From an uncultured Planctomycetaceae bacterium (GTDB lineage: Bacteria; Planctomycetota; Planctomycetia; Pirellulales; PALSA-1355): a stretch of 64,000 bases of DNA. How positions within the stretch are numbered: position 1 is the first letter of the stretch; each line of letters opens with the position of its first letter. The stretch is from positions 1,888,001 to 1,952,000 of the forward strand of contig CAWAUV010000007.1 of NCBI GenBank assembly GCA_963785305.1, in the 5' to 3' direction. Of the stretch, positions 1-8,053 are shown one piece after another. The notes under the pieces were generated by a model, which was not told the origin of the DNA, ran no database searches, and saw only the letters and a program-made list of their open reading frames with translations. Both the position numbers and the translations under genes were made by a program.

Positions 1-607
1 ACATGAGCTTGTGAAGCTCCAACAAGGTAACGGCATCGTCCATCAATGGAACCATATACCGTCGCATCAATCCCAGCAGTGCGGCCCGCCCAGGTGTCAT
101 TTTCGGTTTGGCTGAGGCTGGTTTCATCTCTTTGGCAGCAGGAGTTCCCGCAGGTTCAAAGACCTTAATCCGCACATTTGGCATGTCGCCCAGCGTTTCG
201 ATAATTCTCTGGCGAACGTCGGCCCAGTCCAACCCGCCCAGCCCACATCCCAAGGGTGGCACAGCGATTGACTTTATGCCGTATTTCTCGATTTCCGCAC
301 GTAAGGACCGCAGCCCAGACTCGACATACTCGATCTTCGAGTCCCCTTTCCAATGTTTCTTCGTCGGAAAGTTGATGACGTAACTTGGGCCTCCCATACC
401 GGCCAGCAACGCTAAGCGAATGGTTTGAACCGTCCCAACAACAAGAGAACCGTCTTTGCACGCAGCCTCGTAGACCGGCATGATTTCTGGAAACTGCCTG
501 CTGAATTGCAATGCAATTCCCTTTCCCATCACACCCACCGTGTTGACGGTATTCACCAGAGCTTCAACATCGGCTTCAAACAGATTGCCTTTTGTGAATT
601 CGATCAC
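1..607 (-). CDS. darG: DarG antitoxin, macrodomain DNA ADP-ribosylglycohydrolase (runs off left edge)
   Basis: Not in the ORF track. Manual translation from GTG at 607: MIEFTKGNLFEADVEALVNTVNTVGVMGKGIALQF...VINFPTKKHWKG...SIAVPPLGCGLGGLDW, which are macrodomain DarG motifs. Directly downstream of darT. Confidence 0.92.
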   Translation of the reverse strand, partial: MIEFTKGNLFEADVEALVNTVNTVGVMGKGIALQFSRQFPEIMPVYEAACKDGSLVVGTVQTIRLALLAGMGGPSYVINFPTKKHWKGDSKIEYVESGLRSLRAEIEKYGIKSIAVPPLGCGLGGLDWADVRQRIIETLGDMPNVRIKVFEPAGTPAAKEMKPASAKPKMTPGRAALLGLMRRYMVPLMDDAVTLLELHKLM

Positions 608-631
608 GTTATCTCTCTTCTCCAAGTGGAG

Positions 632-1276
632 TTAGTAGTACCAGTCTCGTTTTACGACAACTTCTGGGCGATGATCCTGCGAAGCGAGAAGTCCCCGAAC
701 TTCATCAGCCATGCTTTGATTGATGACGCCAATAGCAAAAAAGCCGGTCCACGGAAACTGCTGATGAACCAGAAATTCTGCTTGCTTTCGCTCCTTGATG
801 GTTGGGTCGCTCCAGTACGTTGCTTGTACGGCGTTCCAATCTACGAAATTATCGAATTGCGCAAGATCGTTTGAAAACCTTGCATATCTTGCCCCCGCAT
901 TCCCGTCCGAAAACGCCCAGGGGCGTCCTCCGGCATTCTGAATGGGGATGTCAATACGTGAAACCAAATGCACGATTCGATCTTGCCCGCCTTGGTAAGT
1001 CAATTCGGCATTCCGACGATGGATCACATAAAGCATCGGTGAGCGAGGGCAAAAATAGAACGGAACGTAGTGTCCCACGTTGGTTGATGGATGACAGGAG
1101 ACGGGCAGTTCCTCCAGCCTTCGCTTCTTGATCGTGTCGAAGCCGATCACGGTCCTCCGGTTCTGCGTTTTTAGGACTTCAAAATCCGACCACAGACACT
1201 CATCCGTCAAAATCGCCGGGAGGTTGTCAACGTGAGTGATATGGAAGATCAGCCGTTCATGAACGGGTTTCGTCAT
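632..1276 (-). CDS. darT: DarT ssDNA ADP-ribosyltransferase toxin (DUF4433)
   Basis: FHITHVDNLPAIL, YVPFYFCPRSPMLY, FSDGNA and KQAEFLV (catalytic Glu) motifs. ATGA overlap with hsdS. Confidence 0.93.
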   Translation of the reverse strand: MTKPVHERLIFHITHVDNLPAILTDECLWSDFEVLKTQNRRTVIGFDTIKKRRLEELPVSCHPSTNVGHYVPFYFCPRSPMLYVIHRRNAELTYQGGQDRIVHLVSRIDIPIQNAGGRPWAFSDGNAGARYARFSNDLAQFDNFVDWNAVQATYWSDPTIKERKQAEFLVHQQFPWTGFFAIGVINQSMADEVRGLLASQDHRPEVVVKRDWYY

Positions 1277-3018
1277 CGCTCCTCCTCTTCACCTTGAAGC
1301 GAAACCTGTTTCGACTTCACCCGGCGACCACGAGTTCGGGCCGGATTTGCGGCCTTGCCGTTTCCTTCATGTACTGACCGACTCGCTCGCAACCGCTCTA
1401 GTAGCACACTTGCAGGTTCGTCCTTCGGGTCTTGCGGGACCAGTTTTCCCTCGAAGGCTTGCGTCAAGATGCTCTGACGAAGGCGGTCTGCACGGGTTAA
1501 ATTGCTTTCCAACTGTTGCTCGGCAACTGCGATCACAGAAAGTCGTTCCTCAACCTCTGCGGCAATTAGCCTTTGCTCCGCAAGTGGAGCCAATGGAAAC
1601 GGCAAGGCCGAGAACTTGCCAGCACTCAAATGGTTTATCCCGACACCAGCGGATACCTTTGCAAACAGCTTGCTACGATAGTAATGTCGAAACACGGCCA
1701 GAGGGTATTCACTCGGAATCCCAATCGGACGCAAGCGAATTACCGTGTTCTGAAAGCAACAGTCGTCGATTTCTCCATTCCAGACGACGGGCTTTCCGAC
1801 TTGATCTGGGCTTCCTGACGCTTCTGACAACAAAACGTCGCCGGGGTGCAAGCGATATGTTTCCAGTTCCCTCGGCTGGAATTCCATATCGAGAACATCA
1901 GCGAGGTCCAGGCCATCTTCTGTCAAGTTGGCCGCCCGAATGTACTTCGTCGGGAATTCATCGCTACGGTTCTTGGGGGAGCGTTGGCGACCAAGTTGTA
2001 CATCTCCAAGTTGGTCCACGCTCGCCCAGCACCAGCCTTCGGGCAGTTCCGGCAACCCTTTCATATTGGGCGGTGTCGGTTCGACGTACTTCTCTCGCCA
2101 GTTTTTCGGTGGCTTCTTCGTAGAAGCGGCGTCCCGCCGCTTTACTTTTCCGTTTCTCTCCGAAAAGCGGCGGGACGCCGCTTCTACGGTGGCGCACTTG
2201 GCGAGTTGGTCGGCTTCCCACTTCTGGCGGCGTTCCTTTAGGATGCGAGCCAGGAGAGCCGAGGCGGGTTCAAAAGTAGATGCGGCATCTTGCCGCATTT
2301 GGGGATCGGGAGAAAAGCGGCGGGACGCCGCTTCTACACGCCATGCCTCGGTGAGCTTACCTTCGACGGCGGCCTTGAGGACGACGGCACGGTAACGCTT
2401 CAGATTCGCCTTCACTCGTTTCAGAGCCGCAATCCCCGCATCCAGGTCGGAGAACAGTTCTTCGACCTTGGCAACAATGCGGCCCTGTTCTTCTTTGGGA
2501 GGCAGCAAGAACGGCATTGACGCAAAGCGGTCGGCGCTCATGTGGTGAATGCCGACACCCTTCGAGACTCGTGCAAAGACACTGTTCCTCGCAAAATGTT
2601 GAAACGCTACCAGGGCGAACTTGGAACTGACCGCCTTGGGGCGAAACCGAATCACCGTATTCTGAAAACAGCAGTTTTCGAGTTCGCCGTTCCAGATGGC
2701 TGGTTTGCCAACCTCGCCCGCACTCCCTGACGCTTCCGACAGAAGTACATCCCCACGCTGAAGCCGGTAACTTACAAGTTCCCTCGGTGGGAAATCCATG
2801 TCGCGAACATCGCTGAGGTCCAATCCGGTCCAAGTGAGGTTCGCCGCCCGAACGTATTTTGTCGGAAATTCGGCGGAACGATTCTTAGGCGAGCGTTGCC
2901 TTCCAAGGCGCACTTCACCAACTTCTCCCACGCTGGTTCTCGTCCAGCCCGGAGGAATCGCTAAGGACCGAATGTCTTCGATCACAATTTCGCCTTGGTG
3001 TCCATTGTCATCGCTCAT
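1273..3018 (-). CDS. hsdS: Type I restriction-modification specificity subunit with two in-frame REPIN insertions
   Basis: Two TRDs (IPPGW.../LPEGW...), PPKEEQGRIVAKVEELFSDLD and RQSILTQAFEGKLVPQDP conserved regions. ATGA overlap with hsdR. Confidence 0.95.
   Translation of the reverse strand: MSDDNGHQGEIVIEDIRSLAIPPGWTRTSVGEVGEVRLGRQRSPKNRSAEFPTKYVRAANLTWTGLDLSDVRDMDFPPRELVSYRLQRGDVLLSEASGSAGEVGKPAIWNGELENCCFQNTVIRFRPKAVSSKFALVAFQHFARNSVFARVSKGVGIHHMSADRFASMPFLLPPKEEQGRIVAKVEELFSDLDAGIAALKRVKANLKRYRAVVLKAAVEGKLTEAWRVEAASRRFSPDPQMRQDAASTFEPASALLARILKERRQKWEADQLAKCATVEAASRRFSERNGKVKRRDAASTKKPPKNWREKYVEPTPPNMKGLPELPEGWCWASVDQLGDVQLGRQRSPKNRSDEFPTKYIRAANLTEDGLDLADVLDMEFQPRELETYRLHPGDVLLSEASGSPDQVGKPVVWNGEIDDCCFQNTVIRLRPIGIPSEYPLAVFRHYYRSKLFAKVSAGVGINHLSAGKFSALPFPLAPLAEQRLIAAEVEERLSVIAVAEQQLESNLTRADRLRQSILTQAFEGKLVPQDPKDEPASVLLERLRASRSVHEGNGKAANPARTRGRRVKSKQVSLQGEEEER
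2120..2187. repeat. REP doublet (REPIN) inside hsdS
   Basis: GTAGAAGCGGCGTCCCGCCGCTT (2120-2142) and inverted copy AAGCGGCGGGACGCCGCTTCTAC (2165-2187). Encodes VEAASRRFSERNGKVKRRDAAST. Confidence 0.9.
2276..2337. repeat. REP doublet (REPIN) inside hsdS
   Basis: GTAGATGCGGCATCTTGCCGCAT (2276-2298) and inverted AAGCGGCGGGACGCCGCTTCTAC (2315-2337). Encodes VEAASRRFSPDPQMRQDAAST. Confidence 0.9.
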
Positions 3019-6000
3019 GCCGCCAACCTCATGTTGAGTTCATCAAGGATGGCGGGGAGCTTGTCCCCGAAGAGTTCGTATGCCCTGCCCAGCCCGCCAA
3101 TCGTGTTGAACGGCACGTCTTCGAGGTCGTCCTGCTCGATGTTCAAACTGGCGGCGATATGGTCCTTGATGGCGTCAAGCCATTTCCGCTGGTCGGCGGT
3201 GAACGTAACGCCAGCCTGCTGCTTGTCAGCGATCCACTGCTGATACCGTTCTTCAACCGTCATGCCGACCGGGGCCAAGGGCGTGTTCGGATCAATGGCG
3301 TGGCGCACCAGGGCAATCACATCCACCAAGTAGAAGCGGCGGGACGCCGCTTCTACGTTCTTCTTTTTATCGCCGTCGTCACCGTTGCCAACAGGCAAGC
3401 GGCGGGACGCCGCTTCTACGAGTTCAAACGCTTGCCAGAGTCGCAGCAGCGATTCGGGCCGGTTCGGGTCCACGAAGAACGGCGGTTGATTGAGCTTCGC
3501 CGCCAGTTCCTTGACGTGCCGAAACTTCAGACCGGCCCGATAAGGAACGCTGTACAAGACCTGGAGGGCTTCGATCTCGTCCTTGTTGTCTTCGATGAAC
3601 TTCCTGAAGCTGGTGAGCATCGACTTGGCTTTTTCCAGCGCCTCGGCATCGAAGCCCGCCCGACGTAGCTGGTCGGGCGTCTGCTCGTCAATGACCTGCT
3701 CCAAAGACCGCTTCGCCGCCAGAATCGCATCTCGCAGCTTGGGATCGTGGAAGGCTTTCAGTGCCGTCGCCATCTGTTCCCGCTCGACCTGAACGACCTG
3801 TTCCTCGGTCGGCTCCCAAGTAGACACGGCGTCTCGCCGTGTTTGCAACGCCGCCGAAAGCGAAAACGTCCCTTCGGCAAGATGCTCGGGATTCGCCAGA
3901 ATGTAGTCGTCGATTCGTTCCAACGATGCAGGCGAACGCACGATATGATCGAATGATTCCTTTTGCCAAAAAACTCCCGTTCTTCCCACCAGCTTGTTGA
4001 TGGCTTTCGACGTAAAAGATTTCCACGAATGCAGAATGTCGGAAAGCTCGTTCGTGCCGAACGGCGTGACGACGACATGGACATGATTGGGCATCACTAC
4101 CCATTCTCGCAAAGCGTAACGATCACCATTGAAATGAAGAAGGGCATCGACGACGATTTGCCGAACGTCTGGACGAGCCAGAAGACACTCTCCATGGCCG
4201 GCGTCAAGCCATTGTTGGATCCGTTCGGGAAACTTCCGCCAATACAGTTGCTTCTGCTCGGGCGAGTGCGGCTCGGGATTACGGCTCAGCCATGCATCTC
4301 GTTCCGCCAGCCATTGGTTTAGTTTTGCTTGCGGGAGGCTGTCAGCCGCGCGGAACGTGACGAAATAGGTCGAGCCGTCTTGCCTCCAATGGGGAAGGTT
4401 TCCTTCAAGCACGGCGACGGGGGCGGCGGGGTCGAAGTAGCCGATCTCGGCGGGGTCGCCCGTGATCGGGTGAAAGCGGCGTGACGCCGCTTCTACATTC
4501 ACATCCGGGTCGATGCTCTTGAGCAGCCCCGCACTCAGTTCGGAGAGCGACTTCCCGCCCGATGCTTTCTGGATCGCCGCTTGCTGGATCGGGTCCAATT
4601 CCAGATCGAGCCGAGAAAGGCGAGAGGCCAATGTGGACACTACATCGTCGTTGGCGGCGCCCGCCGCGACGAGGTTGAGAATCTTGTCGAGTGGCACAGA
4701 CGGCTTGCGATCCAGCGGCTTCGTGGCCGTCTTTTCGTCCTCGCAGACGCCCACGGCATCGACAATAACGAAGTGTGTCTTGTGCTTGGCATCGGGCGTG
4801 ACGCTTTGCAGCACGTCGGGATCGACGACCCGGCAACCTCGGCCCTTCATCTGCTCGAAGTAGCCGAGTGAGCGGATATTCCGCATGAAGATCAGGCATT
4901 CGAGCGGCTTCACGTCGGTTCCCGTGGCGATCATGTCCACGGTGACGGCGATGCGGGGGAAGTACGAATTGCGGAACTCCGACAGTAGTTCGTCGGGCTT
5001 CTTGCCGGTGCTTTTCGAGGTGATCTTCTGGCAGAAGTCGTTCCCCTTGCCGAATTCTTCCCGGATGATGCGCACGATGTCTTCGGCGTGAAGGTCGGTC
5101 TTGGCGAAGACGAGCGTTTTCGGAACCTCGGTGCGACCCGGAAAGATTTCCTGCAGCTTGTCCTTGAACGTGCGGATCACCAGCCGGATTTGGTTCTCCG
5201 AAACCACGTCCCGGTCAAGTTGGTTGGCGGTGTAGGTCAGATCGTCATCGAGTTCTTTGTATTTCGTCCCTTTCGTGCGCCGATCACGATGCGGAACGAA
5301 CACGCCGGGTTCACGAGCGAGTTTGGCCCCGTCCTTGGTGATCTGCGTTTCGATGCGGTACACGTCGTAGCCGACGTTGACGCCATCAACCACGGCCTGC
5401 TCGTGGGCGTAATCCTGAACCAGATTGCCGCCGAAGAATCCGATGGTCTGCTTGGTCGGCGTGGCGGTCAGGCCGATGAGGAACGAGTCAAAGTATTCGA
5501 GGACTTGCCGCCAGATGTTGTAAATGCTGCGGTGACATTCATCGACCACGATGAAGTCAAACATCTCAATGGGAATCTTGGCATTGTAAACGACCGGCAG
5601 CGGCTCTGGTAGAAGCGGCGTCTCGCCGCTTGAGTTTGTCCCGACGAAGCGGCAAGATGCCGCTTCTACTTCGAAAAGCGAGCCTTCCTCATTTTCTTCC
5701 AGGAAGTCTTCCTCGCCCTTGAGCATCGAGTAGAGTCGCTGGATCGTCGTGATGCAGACCTTCGAGGCCGGGGCAATCGTGTTTTTCTTCAAGTGCTGAA
5801 CGGTGTATTCCTCGGTGAACTTGTAGCCGTTGACCGGACTGACGAATTGCTGGAACTCGTTGAGCGTCTGCTTGCCCAGGTTGTTGCGATCCACGAGGAA
5901 CAGGATGCGCTTCGCATCGGCGTATTTGATGAGCCGGTAGCAGAAGTTGACGGCGGTGAAAGTTTTGCCACTGCCGGTCGCCATCTGGATCAGCGCACGG

Positions 6001-6527
6001 GGGCGGTTGGCGGCGAGCGACGTTTCGAGGTTCTGGATGCTCTCGATCTGAACCCGCCACAGGTGGCCGATGTTCAGCGGCGGCATTTCTCGGAGCTTCG
6101 TGCGAACTTGTTTGTCTAGCTTGACGAGACGGATCAGTTCTTCGGGTCGATGGAACGTAAATACGGCCCGGCTGCGAGCGTCCGGCTCCAGAGTGTTCGT
6201 GAACTGCGTGACTTCCCCCGTGGACTCGTATGCGAAGGGGAGCGGCAGGCGATAGTTCGGCAATGTCTTCGGCAGGCCATCGAGATATTTGCCCGACTGC
6301 GTTTCGACGCCAGTGAGCGTATGGCCCTTCGGCTTTGCTTCGACAACGCCAATAGCCTTGGCATCAGCGTAGAGTATGTAGTCGGCGTCGCCGGTGGTGA
6401 GAGGAAATTCCCGAACAGCCACTCCCAGGCCCGCCGTGATGTTCATCTGGTGGTAGTCCTGCACAATCCAACCAGCCTGTTCAAGCTCGCGGTCGATTTG
6501 CTGCCGGGCTTTTTGTTCCGGGGTCAT
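3015..6527 (-). CDS. hsdR: Type I restriction endonuclease R subunit (EcoEI/EcoAI-like) carrying an in-frame RAYT domain and REP-derived peptides
   Basis: ATG at 6527 (MTPEQKARQQID) preceded by GGAGG. Nuclease motif ADYILY...VVEAK, Walker A MATGSGKT, DECHRSIY, GLTATP, TVDMIATGTD, FEQMKGRG. C-terminus GGLGRAYELFG...LNMRLAA. Confidence 0.93.
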   Translation of the reverse strand: MTPEQKARQQIDRELEQAGWIVQDYHQMNITAGLGVAVREFPLTTGDADYILYADAKAIGVVEAKPKGHTLTGVETQSGKYLDGLPKTLPNYRLPLPFAYESTGEVTQFTNTLEPDARSRAVFTFHRPEELIRLVKLDKQVRTKLREMPPLNIGHLWRVQIESIQNLETSLAANRPRALIQMATGSGKTFTAVNFCYRLIKYADAKRILFLVDRNNLGKQTLNEFQQFVSPVNGYKFTEEYTVQHLKKNTIAPASKVCITTIQRLYSMLKGEEDFLEENEEGSLFEVEAASCRFVGTNSSGETPLLPEPLPVVYNAKIPIEMFDFIVVDECHRSIYNIWRQVLEYFDSFLIGLTATPTKQTIGFFGGNLVQDYAHEQAVVDGVNVGYDVYRIETQITKDGAKLAREPGVFVPHRDRRTKGTKYKELDDDLTYTANQLDRDVVSENQIRLVIRTFKDKLQEIFPGRTEVPKTLVFAKTDLHAEDIVRIIREEFGKGNDFCQKITSKSTGKKPDELLSEFRNSYFPRIAVTVDMIATGTDVKPLECLIFMRNIRSLGYFEQMKGRGCRVVDPDVLQSVTPDAKHKTHFVIVDAVGVCEDEKTATKPLDRKPSVPLDKILNLVAAGAANDDVVSTLASRLSRLDLELDPIQQAAIQKASGGKSLSELSAGLLKSIDPDVNVEAASRRFHPITGDPAEIGYFDPAAPVAVLEGNLPHWRQDGSTYFVTFRAADSLPQAKLNQWLAERDAWLSRNPEPHSPEQKQLYWRKFPERIQQWLDAGHGECLLARPDVRQIVVDALLHFNGDRYALREWVVMPNHVHVVVTPFGTNELSDILHSWKSFTSKAINKLVGRTGVFWQKESFDHIVRSPASLERIDDYILANPEHLAEGTFSLSAALQTRRDAVSTWEPTEEQVVQVEREQMATALKAFHDPKLRDAILAAKRSLEQVIDEQTPDQLRRAGFDAEALEKAKSMLTSFRKFIEDNKDEIEALQVLYSVPYRAGLKFRHVKELAAKLNQPPFFVDPNRPESLLRLWQAFELVEAASRRLPVGNGDDGDKKKNVEAASRRFYLVDVIALVRHAIDPNTPLAPVGMTVEERYQQWIADKQQAGVTFTADQRKWLDAIKDHIAASLNIEQDDLEDVPFNTIGGLGRAYELFGDKLPAILDELNMRLAA
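3330..3419. repeat. Two REP units in the hsdR C-terminal region (27-bp palindrome plus a tandem REP)
   Basis: GTAGAAGCGGCG-GGA-CGCCGCTTCTAC (3330-3356) and AAGCGGCGGGACGCCGCTTCTAC (3397-3419). Encodes VEAASRRL...VEAASRRFY. Confidence 0.9.
3820..4496 (-). mobile_element. REP-flanked RAYT (REP-associated tyrosine transposase, IS200/IS605-family HUH Y1) cassette embedded in hsdR
   Basis: LPHWRQDGSTYFVTFRAADSLP, WVVMPNHVHVV (HUH), WKSFTSKAIN, FWQKESFDHIVR, DYILANP (catalytic Tyr). Bounded by inverted REPs at 4474-4496 and 3820-3842. No stop codon. Confidence 0.9.
5609..5669. repeat. REP doublet (REPIN) inside hsdR helicase region
   Basis: GTAGAAGCGGCGTCTCGCCGCTT (5609-5631) and AAGCGGCAAGATGCCGCTTCTAC (5647-5669). 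Encodes VEAASCRFVGTNSSGETPLLP. Confidence 0.9.
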
Positions 6528-6573
6528 GGTTTGGCCTCCACTCGGGCGGCGGTGCCGGAGGTGTTTAATCCTC

Positions 6574-7532
6574 TCATTTCGCCACGGGCGTCGCGTGGTA
6601 TGATGGCGCCGGCGTGTGCGGAGCGTGCCGACGATCTCGGCGACCGAACTCGCGCCGAGCTCGGCAAGCGCCGCTGGCAGGGCATCGAGCAGGCGGAGGC
6701 TCGCGCCCGGATCGTAAAAATTGGCGGTGCCGATCTGCACTGCCGTGGCCCCGGCGACGAGGAACTCCATCACATCGTCGAGCGTGGCGATGCCGCCGAT
6801 GCCGATGACCGGAATCTCCACCGCGCGAGCCACCTGATACACCGCCCGCAGCGCGATCGGTTTGATGGCCGGCCCGCTCAACCCGCCGACGATATTACCG
6901 AGCATCGGCCTCCGGCGGCGCCAATCGACGGCCATGCCCAGGCAGGTGTTGATCACGGAGAGTCCGTCGGCCCCGCCGGCGGCGGCGGCTTTGGCGATCG
7001 ACGCGATATCGGTCACGTTGGGAGTGAGCTTGGCCAATATCGGCAGTCGACACGCGTGGCGGCAGCCCTCGACTACTTGCTGGCACAGTGTGGGGTTCGC
7101 GCCAAAGTCGACGCCGCCGCTCACATTGGGGCACGAGATATTGAGCTCCAACGCGGCGATGCCGGGAACCCCATCGAGTCGGGCGGCGAGATCGACGAAG
7201 TCTTGATAATCGTGCCCGGCGATGCTCACCACGATCGGCGAACCAAGCGCGGCGAGATACGGCATGTGGCCGGCGATGAAGGCCTCGACGCCATCATTGT
7301 CGAGACCGATCGAATTGAGCATGCCTGCCGCCGTTTCCACGGTTCGCCAGGGAGCGTTGCCGGCGCACGGTTTGGCGGTGATCGTCTTGGGCACGATTCC
7401 GCCCAGCCGAGCAAGATCGACAAAGCCAGCCATCTCGCGGGCATAACCAAACGTGCCCGACGCCACGAGAATCGGATTCGGCAGCGCGAGGCGCCCGAGG
7501 CGAACGGCAAGATCGACAAGAGGCGTGTTCAC
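6574..7532 (-). CDS. pyrD: Dihydroorotate dehydrogenase, family 1B catalytic subunit (3' end probably frameshifted)
   Basis: NPILVASGTFGY, KTIT, GMLNSIGLDN, ELNISCPNV, KLTPN, GGLSGPAIKP, IGIGGI. One added base near 6615 gives ...PSYHATPVAK* with TGA at 6574-6576. Confidence 0.92.
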
Positions 7533-7834
7533 GAGTTGCGGAATCCCAGGGAATTCAAAGAAGCGCGGCAAGCGTGGCGACTCGGGGGCGATGAGAGACC
7601 ATGCTCAATGTACGGCCCGGATCGTGGGGCGGCAATCGGGCGGCGCGGGATCGAGCAGCGATCCAAGGGCCGAACCATTGCTTCGCGAAAAGAAGGGGCG
7701 CCGTAGCGCCGGGCTGATGGTGATCGTCGCGGGCAGCGAGCGAAGCGAGAAGAAAACCAAGCGAAGACTGATGGACCGCAAAAAAACGACAAAGCGATTG
7801 ACGGGGGGCGCGAACTCTTGGCCCGCGCGCTCGA

Positions 7835-8053
7835 CTAGATCAGTCCGCCGTGCGTGCGGTAGGGCGTCAGGTGGCTCGGCTGATCGAGGAACCAGATTCG
7901 GTTCCACTCTTCCAAGATCACGCGCAAGTTTTCCGACGTGAAGATCAACTGCTGGGTTCTGGCGGCTGGATCGCCCTGATAAATGGGCCAGAAGCAACCC
8001 CCACTGGCGCTGAGGCCGCAGCTTACGACGATCGCGAACAAAAGCCTGCGCAT
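7835..8053 (-). CDS. Small secreted or lipoprotein-like protein (planctomycete-type)
   Basis: GGAGGAG RBS, signal-like N-terminus ending in Cys, and C-terminal WNRIWFLDQPSHLTPYRTHGG. I recall this motif from planctomycete hypotheticals; unverified. Confidence 0.65.
   Translation of the reverse strand: MRRLLFAIVVSCGLSASGGCFWPIYQGDPAARTQQLIFTSENLRVILEEWNRIWFLDQPSHLTPYRTHGGLI

Noticed and set aside
2120..5669. REP series as a CRISPR array or as IS terminal inverted repeats
   Set aside because: Irregular spacing, mixed orientation, internal hairpins with GTAG and an associated HUH enzyme fit REP/RAYT, not CRISPR or a DDE IS.
3015..7571. Apparent 1518-aa PyrD-HsdR fusion
   Set aside because: hsdR has its own GGAGG-ATG at 6527, and one added base near 6615 ends pyrD at TGA 6574-6576. 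The linker is Arg-rich nonsense and similar indels are common in this window.
6150..7706. Long antisense ORFs (e.g. 6150..7706, 24567..26525, 36760..38721, 44878..46809)
   Set aside because: Shadow ORFs opposite real genes, expected in high-GC DNA; no recognisable motifs.
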